This document shows positions 32,043 through 41,057 of a DNA stretch of 64,000 bases, piece after piece. Location: assembly GCA_025357545.1 (NCBI GenBank), contig JANXPB010000147.1, forward strand, positions 8,361 to 72,360, given 5' to 3'. This DNA comes from Holophagaceae bacterium. GTDB taxonomy: Bacteria > Acidobacteriota > Holophagae > Holophagales > Holophagaceae. A model generated the notes under the pieces. It was not told where the DNA came from. It made no database searches and worked only from the letters and a program-made list of their open reading frames with translations. The first letter of the stretch is position 1; the number at the start of each line of letters is the position of its first letter. A program made the position numbers and the translations under genes.

Positions 32043-32272
32043 GGTTCACCCAAGATAGATGGTGATGAGGGAGAGGCAATTCGGAGGATACGACCGGCAA
32101 AGCCTTAGTCTACCTGGAAAACGAGCTGCGCGGAGGGTGTGGACCGGCCGTGGGAACGGGCTCTCGGAACGATCCAAAAGGTTAAGGCGAGTTCCGGTTC
32201 GAGGCCACTGCACCGAGAGTGAAGCGAATCGCTGAGAGCCTCGGTGGAGAACAGGGTTATACCCGCATGTTT

Positions 32273-33655
32273 TCAATGAATGCTATTCAGCAGAGCGTGC
32301 ACAGTCTTGTGGAAATCGGGGTCCCGATTCATGCGTTGGTTCACGGAATCGATGGCGTTCATCACGGTGCTGTGATGCATGTTATTGAACGTCCTCCCGA
32401 TGTCGGCGAAGGAAGCTGCCGTGAGCTCCCGGGCCAAGTACATGGCCACTTGGCGTGGGACAAGAACATTCTGCTGGCGAGATTTCTTTTTCATCAGATC
32501 CGTGAAGGACAGGTTGAAGGTTTCAGCAGTCATCCGGTACACCCGCTCCAGCGGAATCGCGGCACTGGCTTCCTGCCCGCTCTGGCCCTGAAACGCGCTC
32601 ATGGCCACCTCCAAACTGGGAGGGACCTTCAGAAAATCGCTCTGGAACATGACGCGGTTCAATAACCCCTCGAGATCGCGGACGCTCCCCTTGGCTTTAT
32701 GGCCAATGAAAGCCAACACATCCTCGGGAACCGGCGGGAAATCTTTGAAAAAATCCTCTTCCAGCTTCTTTTTCAGGATGGCAATGCGGGTCTCGAAATC
32801 CGGCGGCTGGATATCGGCTGTGAGGCCCCATTTGCACCGGGTTATCAGGCGCTCATGCAATCCTTCGAGCTTCTGGGGCGCATTGTCCGATGTGATGACT
32901 ATCTGTTTTCCGTGCTGGAGCAGGTATTCCAGAATGTAGAAGACCTCTTCCTGGGTCCGCTCCATGCTGCGGAGGGTCTGTACATCATCCAACAGCAATA
33001 CGTCGTTCTGCTGGTACTTCCGCCTAAGTGGCTCAGTATTCCGGTTTTTAATGGCTGAGGTCACTTCATGGAAAAAGACATCGACCTTCAGGTAGGCGAT
33101 GGCGAGGTGCGGGTGCCGGGCCTTCAAGGCTTGGCCGATGCCGATCATGAGGTGGGTCTTCCCGAGGCCTGCCCCGCCGTATATGAACAGCGGGTTCATA
33201 TTGAACGAGGCGTTGGATTTGCCATGGTTGTCCACCACTGCCTTAGCCGCCGAAAACGCCAACTGGTTGCCCGGACCCACTACGAAGCGGTCGAGTGTGT
33301 AGCGGTGGAACAGGGGCGGGAACGGTGACGGGGTTTCGAGGACCGCATGTTCTCCTGAGGGCGCTGCTGCGGGAGAATGGCTGGGCGGGGTCTTCTTGGG
33401 CGTCCCTGCCACACTGAAGATGAGTTTCAAGTGGGAGAGTCCAGCCTGGCCCAGGGCGTCATGGAATTCCTCGGCCAACTGCTGCTCGATCCAGATGCGG
33501 TTCGATGGGTTCGGCACCTGGATGGATAGAATGTTCCCTTCCAGGCGCTGGGGCACGCAGGGTTCGATCCACTCGTGGAAACTGGCCGGGGAGAGCCGTT
33601 CCCGCAATCCGACGCACAGCGCCTCCCATTGGGATTCGTGCAGCTTTGACTCCAT
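32273..33655 (-). CDS. dnaA: Chromosomal replication initiator protein DnaA
   Basis: Walker A GGAGLGKTHL, LLLDDVQ, SVRDLEG, and C-terminal DNA-binding TFADIGRTFNNMHHSTVMNA. ATG at 33655 gives 460 aa; the ORF extension to 34093 is rejected. Confidence 0.95.
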   Translation of the reverse strand: MESKLHESQWEALCVGLRERLSPASFHEWIEPCVPQRLEGNILSIQVPNPSNRIWIEQQLAEEFHDALGQAGLSHLKLIFSVAGTPKKTPPSHSPAAAPSGEHAVLETPSPFPPLFHRYTLDRFVVGPGNQLAFSAAKAVVDNHGKSNASFNMNPLFIYGGAGLGKTHLMIGIGQALKARHPHLAIAYLKVDVFFHEVTSAIKNRNTEPLRRKYQQNDVLLLDDVQTLRSMERTQEEVFYILEYLLQHGKQIVITSDNAPQKLEGLHERLITRCKWGLTADIQPPDFETRIAILKKKLEEDFFKDFPPVPEDVLAFIGHKAKGSVRDLEGLLNRVMFQSDFLKVPPSLEVAMSAFQGQSGQEASAAIPLERVYRMTAETFNLSFTDLMKKKSRQQNVLVPRQVAMYLARELTAASFADIGRTFNNMHHSTVMNAIDSVNQRMNRDPDFHKTVHALLNSIH

Positions 33656-33886
33656 GGGGACCACCGGTGATGAATGCGCACCCAATCCAGCATGAGCAGC
33701 AGAGACGGCTGCAAGGGTCTGAGGGATGTATGCGCGGGATGGACACTCTAGCACTGCCACCCAACCTGGAATACCCCTCAGAAGGGGAAGGATTGGCAAG
33801 AATCCCCCTTGAGGAAATAGGCGATCTCCCATAGACTCGAAGGTTCGCCTGCGCCCTTGAGTTGGGCCGAGGCCACGAGGTGGACC

Positions 33887-34021
33887 ATGAAACGCACATT
33901 CCAGCCGAACAATCGACGCCGCGCCAAGACCCATGGCTTTTTGTCCCGCATGAAAACAAAGAACGGACGCATGGTGCTGAAGCGCCGCCGCGCCAAGGGC
34001 CGCCACGTCCTCGCTCTTTAA
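33887..34021 (+). CDS. rpmH: 50S ribosomal protein L34
   Basis: Hand translation gives [44 protein letters not shown]. Too short for the ORF track. Confidence 0.95.
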   Translation: MKRTFQPNNRRRAKTHGFLSRMKTKNGRMVLKRRRAKGRHVLAL

Positions 34022-34048
34022 TTCCGCCATGCCCGCCATGCAGGTGGC

Positions 34049-34438
34049 ATGCGAGTAGCTGGGTGTTTTCGTATCGTCCGCCACTCGGACCATGCGCTGC
34101 CGGCTCCGTCTGCACCGAGGGCCCTATTCGGGCCCTCACCCTTGGATGTGAGGGCTTGGCGTATTCCTCTCTCGGCTCCCGCGATTCCAGCACTCCTCGT
34201 CCATGCCCCCAGGCGATCAGGCAGCGCGGTGGAGCGGAACCGCTTCAAACGGCGCACCCGGATGGCCCTTTTGTGCATCCTGAAGGACACACCCTCACTG
34301 GATCTCGGTTCTACGGTCCTCTGGATCCGCCCTTCCAAAGGTTCACCACTGGGCTGCAGGCTGGGTTACGACGCCATCGAAGGCCAGCTCAGGCTGGCCC
34401 TTTCACGTTTTGGGATGGGCCCGCATGAAAAACCGTAA
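34049..34438 (+). CDS. rnpA: Ribonuclease P protein component
   Basis: GSAVERNRFKRRTR motif, and position directly after rpmH. Confidence 0.88.
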   Translation: MRVAGCFRIVRHSDHALPAPSAPRALFGPSPLDVRAWRIPLSAPAIPALLVHAPRRSGSAVERNRFKRRTRMALLCILKDTPSLDLGSTVLWIRPSKGSPLGCRLGYDAIEGQLRLALSRFGMGPHEKP

Positions 34439-36008
34439 CCTTGTTTTATTTGTGGTCCTCAGCATGGCGCTGCTGCTGGGATACAGCTATGCCATAGGCA
34501 AGCTCTATCCCCCGAAATCCGGCGGGGTTGCCACCCAACCCCCGGGCATTGGCGCTGCGACTCCCGCCCCGACCCCCAACAATTCAGATCCACGGCCCGC
34601 GTCCACTGCTCCTGTGGCGCTCTCCACCCCCATGGCTTCCACCACCCATTCCGTGGATGCAGACGAGCTGCACCTCACCTGGCGGGTCGAAGACGGAGCC
34701 TTGATCCAAGCCCGGTGGTCGGACGGGACGAAATTCTTCAACGAGGCTGAAAAGAACGATCGGGGCGAGGAGATCTCCAAAGCCTTTCCCGGTATTGGCG
34801 GGGTGCTGAACACCCGGTTCAATCTCGTCACGGAAGAAAAAACACCGACGGGCCTCAAGATCCACTTCCAAAACGCCGAAGGCGACCATCTGGTATACGT
34901 GATTCCCCAAAAGGGCCACACCCTCGAGGTGAGCTGGTCCACCCACCGGGGCACCCATCTGGACCTGATCCACCGACCGAGCGACGAGAAGGAGGCCCAA
35001 TCCCTGGGCCGAGTCTTCACACTCAACGACAAGACGATCAACGCTGTGGCCTGGACCAGTGTGTTGAAGGACCCCTTTTTCAGCTTCCTGGGCTTCAAGC
35101 GCAAGGAAATGCCCCCCGCAGCCAGTCTTCTGGGGATGGATGCTGGTCTGGAAAAGGGCGTGACCGCCCAACGCACCCACTATTTCGCGGCCCTTTGGGA
35201 CGTGAGCCCGCGCATCACTGAACGGGACGAGCGGGGCTACCACCTAGCCCCTGATGCGAATGGAAATCTCACTACGCGGCTCTACCTTGGCCCCAAGGAA
35301 ACCGGCCAACTGGCTGCCTTTGGCGAGCCCTTCACCAACGTGGTGGATTTCGGGTTTTTCGGGGCTGTCGCCAAGTTGCTGTTCCTGGTGCTCCATTGGA
35401 TCCACCGGTTCATCCCGAACTGGGGCTGGTCCATCATCTTGTTCACCCTCCTGCTTCGCGGCATTCTCTGGCCCCTGAACACCAAGACCACCGTAAACAT
35501 GCTGCGCATGAAGGACTTCGAGCCTCACCAGAAGGCTCTGCAGGCCCGTTACGACAAGTTCGGCGGCGACATGACCAAGAAGGCCGAGATGCAGAAAGAG
35601 CTCATGGCGCTCTACAAGAAGAACAACCACAACCCCATGGGGGGTTGCCTGCCCATGCTGTTGCAGATGCCAGTGTTTTTCTCGCTCTGGTCCATGCTCT
35701 ACGCAGTCTATGAGTTGCGGCACGCCCCCTGGATGGGCTGGATTCAAGATCTTTCCGCCAAGGATCCTTACTATGTGCTGCCGGTGCTACTGGGCGCCTC
35801 CATGCTGGCCCAACAGGCGGTGACACCCGCCGTGGGTGATCCAGCCCAGCGCAAAATGATGCTCTTTTTGATGCCGGCGATGATGACCTTCTTCTTCGCC
35901 CAGACGCCGTCGGGTTTGTGCTTGTACTACTTTGTGTTCAATCTCGTCGGCTTGGCCCAGACTTGGTGGATCAAGCGCAATTACATACCCCAGGAAATCA
36001 CCGCCTAG
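34425..36008 (+). CDS. yidC: Membrane protein insertase YidC
   Basis: MKNRNLVLFVVLSMALLLGY N-terminal anchor, large periplasmic domain, and conserved C-terminal core (NWGWSIILFTLLLRGILWPL, GGCLPMLLQMPVFF). A TTG at 34410 is an alternative start. Confidence 0.93.
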   Translation: MKNRNLVLFVVLSMALLLGYSYAIGKLYPPKSGGVATQPPGIGAATPAPTPNNSDPRPASTAPVALSTPMASTTHSVDADELHLTWRVEDGALIQARWSDGTKFFNEAEKNDRGEEISKAFPGIGGVLNTRFNLVTEEKTPTGLKIHFQNAEGDHLVYVIPQKGHTLEVSWSTHRGTHLDLIHRPSDEKEAQSLGRVFTLNDKTINAVAWTSVLKDPFFSFLGFKRKEMPPAASLLGMDAGLEKGVTAQRTHYFAALWDVSPRITERDERGYHLAPDANGNLTTRLYLGPKETGQLAAFGEPFTNVVDFGFFGAVAKLLFLVLHWIHRFIPNWGWSIILFTLLLRGILWPLNTKTTVNMLRMKDFEPHQKALQARYDKFGGDMTKKAEMQKELMALYKKNNHNPMGGCLPMLLQMPVFFSLWSMLYAVYELRHAPWMGWIQDLSAKDPYYVLPVLLGASMLAQQAVTPAVGDPAQRKMMLFLMPAMMTFFFAQTPSGLCLYYFVFNLVGLAQTWWIKRNYIPQEITA

Positions 36009-36016
36009 GAGGCCTC

Positions 36017-36484
36017 ATGCGCAAATTAGCTCTCGCGCTCGAGACGGTCCCCACTCAGGTCACCCGCTGGCTGGGCCTATTGGGGCTCACGGTGGACGCG
36101 GCTTTCGAGCCATCTGGAGACGAAGCCCTGTTCCCAAACCGGGTGCTAGTTAAAGGCGAAGATGCTGCTTGGTTGGCGGCCAACAAGGGTGCCGCCGTGG
36201 ATGCCCTGCAATTCCTGCTCCACGAGGCCCAAGGCGAACGCGAGGACTCCCGGCTCGCCTACCTGGATCCACAGGGCACAAGGCTATTCCGGTTGAAGGA
36301 GCTGAAGGCCATGGCCGCCTTCGCGGCCGAAAAAGCCAAAGAGCTAGGCAGCTTCAACCTGTCAGGGCTCACGCCCCGTGAGCGCCGGTGGGTCCACTTG
36401 ACTATCTCCAAGGAGCCGGGCCTCGGCACCGAGAGCGAAGGCATCGGCCATATCAAGACCCTGAAAGTCTTCCGCAGCGCCTGA
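36017..36484 (+). CDS. jag: Jag-family RNA-binding protein (KH/R3H)
   Basis: AGGAGG RBS before the ATG at 36017. C-terminal R3H-like ERRWVHLTIS. Conserved yidC-jag-mnmE order. Confidence 0.8.
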   Translation: MRKLALALETVPTQVTRWLGLLGLTVDAAFEPSGDEALFPNRVLVKGEDAAWLAANKGAAVDALQFLLHEAQGEREDSRLAYLDPQGTRLFRLKELKAMAAFAAEKAKELGSFNLSGLTPRERRWVHLTISKEPGLGTESEGIGHIKTLKVFRSA

Positions 36485-37782
36485 TGTCTGAACCCATCTG
36501 CGCCCCGGCCACCGCTCTTTTCCCCAGTGCTGTGGCGGTGGTGAGGGTCTCGGGAACAGGCTTGGCGAAGCTGCTGGGCCCCTTGGTCACCCTGCCGGCG
36601 GCCGGGACCGCCGTACTCCGTCATCTGGTCTGGGAGGGGCATCGAGAGCAGGCTCTTGTACTCTTTTTTTCAGCGCCCCGCAGCTACACCGGCGAGGATG
36701 TGGTTGAATTCCAGCTTCATGGAAACCCACTGCTGGTGCGATGCTTCCTGGACCATCTGGGAAGCCTTGGGATCCGTCTGGCCCAGCCTGGTGAATTCAC
36801 CCGCCGGGCACTCTTGAATGGAAAACAGAGCTTGCTGGAATCCGAGGCTTTGCGGGATCTCATCGACGCCACCACCGATCAGCAAATCCGCCAGGCCCAG
36901 GCGCGCCAGGGTGCACTTCCTCTGTGGATCGTCGAGACCAAGGCGCGACTCGTCCCTTGGATCGCCCGGGCGGAAGCGGCCGTCGACTATGGCGAGGAGG
37001 AGGGCATCAGCTTTGACATCGCTTATTTAAGTAAAGAAATTATTTATCTTAACAAATTGTTCCATGTGGAACAGCGTAGGGCACAGTCCGCACGGTGGCT
37101 GAGGACGGGTATCCAGGTCGCCCTGGTGGGTCGGCCCAATGCCGGGAAGAGCACTCTGTTCAATGCCCTGGCCGGTTCGGATCGGGCCATCGTCACTGAG
37201 GTACCTGGCACCACCCGGGATGTGCTGGAGGTCCGTACTGAGTGGGCCGGATTGCCGCTGACCCTCTTCGATACCGCAGGTCTAAGGGACACGGTCGATC
37301 CCGTGGAACGCTTGGGTGTGGAGCGTGTCCGCGACGTTTTGGAACAGACGGACTTGATTCTTCACCTGGTTCCAGCGGAGGATGCGGGGCCCGAGACCAC
37401 AATCCTAGAACTGTTGACGCCCTTCCAGGAAAAGGTGCTGGAGGTGCGCACCATGAGCGATCTGGCTCCCGTAATTGGGCTTGGAGTCAGTGCCCAAACC
37501 GGGGATCTGGGTCATTTGGAACAGGCGCTCAGATCCAGATTCCTCGGAGAATTCAGTCCCGACGCCTGCCTTGGCGCCATGGCAACAGCGCGCCAACTGG
37601 AGCTATTGGACGAACTGGGACGGCAGGCGAGGCTCCTCGAAGGGTTGCAGCCGGGAGGTCCCCCGGAATTAGCCGCTTCGGTCCTCCAAGGCATGTGGGG
37701 ACTATTGGCTGCGTTGACCGGCGAGGACCGCGCCGAATCCACTTTGGACGAAGTTTTTAGCGGATTTTGCCTAGGGAAGTGA
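36484..37782 (+). CDS. mnmE: tRNA modification GTPase MnmE
   Basis: TGATG overlap with jag. GRPNAGKSTLFNAL G1 motif, DTAGLR, and C-terminal FCLGK. Confidence 0.93.
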   Translation: MSEPICAPATALFPSAVAVVRVSGTGLAKLLGPLVTLPAAGTAVLRHLVWEGHREQALVLFFSAPRSYTGEDVVEFQLHGNPLLVRCFLDHLGSLGIRLAQPGEFTRRALLNGKQSLLESEALRDLIDATTDQQIRQAQARQGALPLWIVETKARLVPWIARAEAAVDYGEEEGISFDIAYLSKEIIYLNKLFHVEQRRAQSARWLRTGIQVALVGRPNAGKSTLFNALAGSDRAIVTEVPGTTRDVLEVRTEWAGLPLTLFDTAGLRDTVDPVERLGVERVRDVLEQTDLILHLVPAEDAGPETTILELLTPFQEKVLEVRTMSDLAPVIGLGVSAQTGDLGHLEQALRSRFLGEFSPDACLGAMATARQLELLDELGRQARLLEGLQPGGPPELAASVLQGMWGLLAALTGEDRAESTLDEVFSGFCLGK

Positions 37783-37830
37783 ATTCCCTTCCGCTCAGAG
37801 GCCATAATCTCAATCAAGCGGGAGCTTTAC

Positions 37831-39297
37831 ATGAAGCCTGGTTTCGAAGCGGTCATTGGGTTGGAAATCCATGTCCAACTGCTTACCCGCTCCAAAATGT
37901 TCTGTGGCTGCCGGAACGAATATGGCGCAGCGCCGAATTCCCATACCTGTCCAGTCTGCCTTGGCTTGCCCGGCGCCCTGCCCGTGCTCAACGATCAAGC
38001 GGTGCGCATGGCGATTGCGCTTGGCCTGGCCATCGAAGCCACTATCCAGCCGGTCTCAACCTTCTACCGGAAACAATATTTCTACCCGGACCTCCCCAAG
38101 GGATATCAGATCACCCAGGGCCCTGTGGCAGCGGTGGAGGGTGGGTATCTGGACCTCTCGGGTGATCCGGCGGCACGGGGCCTGGTCGGCCCGGTGCGCA
38201 TCGGCATCGAGCGGGCCCACCTGGAAGAAGATGCCGGCAAGAGCAATCATGAATTCTCGAAGGGGGCCAGTGGTGTGGACCTGAATCGGGCCGGGGTGCC
38301 GCTATTGGAAATCGTCGGGGCCCCGGACCTGAGATCGCCCCAGGAGGCCTACGACTATCTCCGGGCCATGCACCAACTGGTCACGTTCTTGGGCATCTGC
38401 GACGGCAATATGGAAGAGGGTTCCTTTCGCTGCGACGCCAACGTGAGCGTGCGGCGAGCCGGTGATACAGCCCTGGGGACCCGGGTGGAGGTCAAGAACC
38501 TGAACTCCTTCCGCCATGTCAAATTGGCTATCGAGCATGAAATCAGCCGCCACATCGCGCTGCTTGAAGGAGGCGAGACCTTCCTCCAGGAAACCCGTGG
38601 GTGGGATGCGGACAAAGCTGAGACGAAACCCATGCGCTCCAAGGAGGCGGCGATGGATTACCGCCTTTTTCCTGAACCAGACCTTCCTGCCTTGACCATC
38701 ACCCAGGAAGAAATTGCCAAGACCCGGACCTCCCTTCCGGAACTGCCGGAGGCCCGAAGGGTTCGTTTTATGGCCGAGTTTGGTGTCACTGAATATGAAG
38801 CAGGCATGCTCCTGCAAAGTCACGGGTTTGCCGACTTCTTTGAAGCAGTGGCCAAGGCCGTTGGGGATGCCTGGGGCGGCAAGCAGGCTGCCAACTGGAT
38901 GCTGGGGGAAGTGAGCCGGGTCCTCAATGATCGGCGGCTGGGCTTGGATGCGCTGGGCTTGAATGCCAAGCATCTGGCGGATCTCATCGGTTTGGTGGAA
39001 GCCCGGGTCATCAACCTGAATACCGCCAAGGACACGGTCTTTCCAGCCCTGCTCAGGCGCGAGGGCGATCCAAAACAAATCGTCGAAAGGCAGGGGTTGG
39101 CGCAGATCTCGGACCGGGGGGCAATCGCGACCCTGGTCCAGGGCGTGTTTGAGGCCCATCCTGAACAACTGGCCCGCCTTAAGGCCGGGGATGTCAAACT
39201 GAGAGGGTTTTTCGTGGGCCAAGTGATGAAGGCGGGCTCAGGAAAGGCCAATCCCCAACTCGTGAACGAAATCCTGGAGGCCGCCCTTGCCGAATGA
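37831..39297 (+). CDS. gatB: Asp/Glu-tRNA amidotransferase subunit B
   Basis: FEAVIGLEIHVQL, CPVCLGLPGALPVLN, NLNSFRHV, and a C-terminal YqeY-like tail. Confidence 0.95.
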   Translation: MKPGFEAVIGLEIHVQLLTRSKMFCGCRNEYGAAPNSHTCPVCLGLPGALPVLNDQAVRMAIALGLAIEATIQPVSTFYRKQYFYPDLPKGYQITQGPVAAVEGGYLDLSGDPAARGLVGPVRIGIERAHLEEDAGKSNHEFSKGASGVDLNRAGVPLLEIVGAPDLRSPQEAYDYLRAMHQLVTFLGICDGNMEEGSFRCDANVSVRRAGDTALGTRVEVKNLNSFRHVKLAIEHEISRHIALLEGGETFLQETRGWDADKAETKPMRSKEAAMDYRLFPEPDLPALTITQEEIAKTRTSLPELPEARRVRFMAEFGVTEYEAGMLLQSHGFADFFEAVAKAVGDAWGGKQAANWMLGEVSRVLNDRRLGLDALGLNAKHLADLIGLVEARVINLNTAKDTVFPALLRREGDPKQIVERQGLAQISDRGAIATLVQGVFEAHPEQLARLKAGDVKLRGFFVGQVMKAGSGKANPQLVNEILEAALAE

Positions 39298-39607
39298 TCC
39301 CGAACTCCCCGAACCAGAATCCCAAGGCTCGGCCGAATCGGCACCAGAAGAAGGAGTGGAAGGCAACCTGGAGGTGCACCCCAAAGATAGTTTCCATCGG
39401 ATCATCTTTGGCCAGGTGGAAGAACCACTCTTCCCGGCCCCGCACCCTCCCGTGGAAACCCCGGAAGATGAACTCACCCGCGCGGCCATGAGTGACCCTG
39501 CGGCCCACACCCTGCATGTCCGGGAGACGCCGCCCACCTTCTGGCGCTTCTTGGTCTTGACCGCGGTGGTGGTGGTGGCCCTGGGCATCGTGTTCTGGAA
39601 GCGTTGA
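39287..39607 (+). CDS. Hypothetical acidic protein with C-terminal TM anchor
   Basis: TTG start overlapping the gatB end. C-terminal FWRFLVLTAVVVVALGIVFW. No recognisable family. Confidence 0.4.
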   Translation: MPNDPELPEPESQGSAESAPEEGVEGNLEVHPKDSFHRIIFGQVEEPLFPAPHPPVETPEDELTRAAMSDPAAHTLHVRETPPTFWRFLVLTAVVVVALGIVFWKR

Positions 39608-39650
39608 CCCCAGTCAAGTGGTTTATGCTGGATGGTCGAGGCCCGCGACC

Positions 39651-40844
39651 ATGTCCAAGCCCACTTGGGGACCCACCACCACCGCCATTCACGCCGGCAA
39701 GCACCACAACCCGACCCGCGCGGTGACCACGCCCATCTTCCAGACCTCGGTCTTCGAACTTCAGGAGAATGCCGAAGGCGCAGAATTCTCCGCTGCCATC
39801 GAGCCGCCGAATTTCTACACCCGCTGGGGCAACCCCAATTTCAGCGAGGTAGAGGCGGTCATTGCCACCCTGGAAGGCACCGAGAGGGCCCTGGTCACCA
39901 GTTCAGGTATGAGCGCCTTCACCACCCTGATGGAGGCCTTCCTTAAGGATGGCGACCACGTCCTGGCCCCAGCCGCCATCTATCTGGGCACTGAACAATT
40001 ATTGAAGCGGTGGGAGGAGCGGCGCGGCCTCAAAGTGACCTGGATCCAGAACACCCTCGATCTCACTGAGTGGGAAGCGGGGTTGCGCCCAGAAACAGCC
40101 CTACTCTGGATAGAAACCCCGTCCAATCCGACCCTGGCGATCACGGACCTGGTGGCCCTTGCTGAATTGGGTCAGAAGCACGGCATTCGCACCTTGGCGG
40201 ACAATACCTTCGCTAGCCCGATCCATACCCGCCCCTGCACCCTAGGCATTGATTTAAGTGTAAGTAGTGCAACTAAATATCTTGGTGGTCATTCAGATCT
40301 CACCGCCGGGGTGATCGCCGGGAGGGACGCCGACATTGTGACTTGCTGGCAGGTGGCGAAGCTCCAGGGGCCCACGCTCGATCCCATGGCCGCCTGGCTA
40401 CTGCACCGGGGCCTCAAGACCCTGGCGCTGCGCATGCGGCGGGCCTCGGACAACGCCCAGAGCCTGGCGCAATGGCTGCTCTGGCAAAATGCCGTCGGCC
40501 GGGTGGATTATCCGGGCCTTCCAACCCATCCTGGGTTCGACGTGGCCCGGCAGCAGATGACTGATGGTTTCGGCGCGATGTTGAGTTTTGAGTTGAGAGG
40601 AGGCCTGGACGCAGGAAAAAGGTTTTGTGAATCCTTGGAAATCATCACCCGTGGCGTGTCCCTAGGGGGCGTGGAGAGCCTCATCCAGCACCCCGCCTCC
40701 ATGAGCCACTTGCGCACCGCACCCGAAGTTAAGACTCGCTTGGGCATCTCCGACGGCCTGCTGAGGTTTTCAGTGGGCATCGAGGACCAGCCCGACTTGC
40801 TCGCGGACCTGGAGCGGGGCTTCCAGGCCACTGGACTGGCCTGA
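39651..40844 (+). CDS. Cys/Met-metabolism PLP-dependent enzyme (transsulfuration family: CGS/CBL/MGL/sulfhydrylase)
   Basis: TTAIHAG, PIFQTSVF, LVTSSGMSA, DNTFASP, and SATKYLGGHSD (PLP Lys). ATG at 39651. Confidence 0.9.
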   Translation: MSKPTWGPTTTAIHAGKHHNPTRAVTTPIFQTSVFELQENAEGAEFSAAIEPPNFYTRWGNPNFSEVEAVIATLEGTERALVTSSGMSAFTTLMEAFLKDGDHVLAPAAIYLGTEQLLKRWEERRGLKVTWIQNTLDLTEWEAGLRPETALLWIETPSNPTLAITDLVALAELGQKHGIRTLADNTFASPIHTRPCTLGIDLSVSSATKYLGGHSDLTAGVIAGRDADIVTCWQVAKLQGPTLDPMAAWLLHRGLKTLALRMRRASDNAQSLAQWLLWQNAVGRVDYPGLPTHPGFDVARQQMTDGFGAMLSFELRGGLDAGKRFCESLEIITRGVSLGGVESLIQHPASMSHLRTAPEVKTRLGISDGLLRFSVGIEDQPDLLADLERGFQATGLA

Positions 40845-41044
40845 TGCGTCTGGTCATCAATGGTGAGGAAAAGCTTGCCCCAGCGCTTTCCACCGTGGCG
40901 GAACTGGCGGTCTGGCTGAATCTTCCTGCCTTCGGCACCGCCGTGGAACTGAATGGCGAGGTCATCCGCCGCAGCGCCCATCCAGACACAGCCCTGAAGG
41001 AAGGCGATCGCTTGGAAGTGGCAAGGTTGGTGGGGGGGGGCTGA
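40844..41044 (+). CDS. thiS: ThiS/MoaD-family sulfur carrier protein
   Basis: 66 aa ending ...VARLVGGG (C-terminal GG). INGE...ELNGEVI pattern. The start overlaps the PLP enzyme stop (TGATG). Confidence 0.8.
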   Translation: MRLVINGEEKLAPALSTVAELAVWLNLPAFGTAVELNGEVIRRSAHPDTALKEGDRLEVARLVGGG

Positions 41045-41053
41045 TCCCCCACC
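41029..41053. terminator. Hairpin between convergent thiS and lipoprotein genes
   Basis: GGTGGGGG - 9-nt loop - CCCCCACC, spanning the thiS stop. No U-tract. Confidence 0.3.
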
Positions 41054-41057
41054 CGGC

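Noticed and set aside
33656-34093. 146-aa N-terminal extension of the dnaA ORF (and the 244-aa ORF 33459-34193)
   Set aside because: It would overlap rpmH and rnpA on the other strand. DnaA domain I starts at the Met at 33655, giving a normal 460-aa protein.
34022-34440. Expected yidD (membrane insertion efficiency factor) between rnpA and yidC
   Set aside because: rnpA and yidC overlap directly. No ~70-80-aa ORF with the YidD Cys-rich motif is present, so none is reported.
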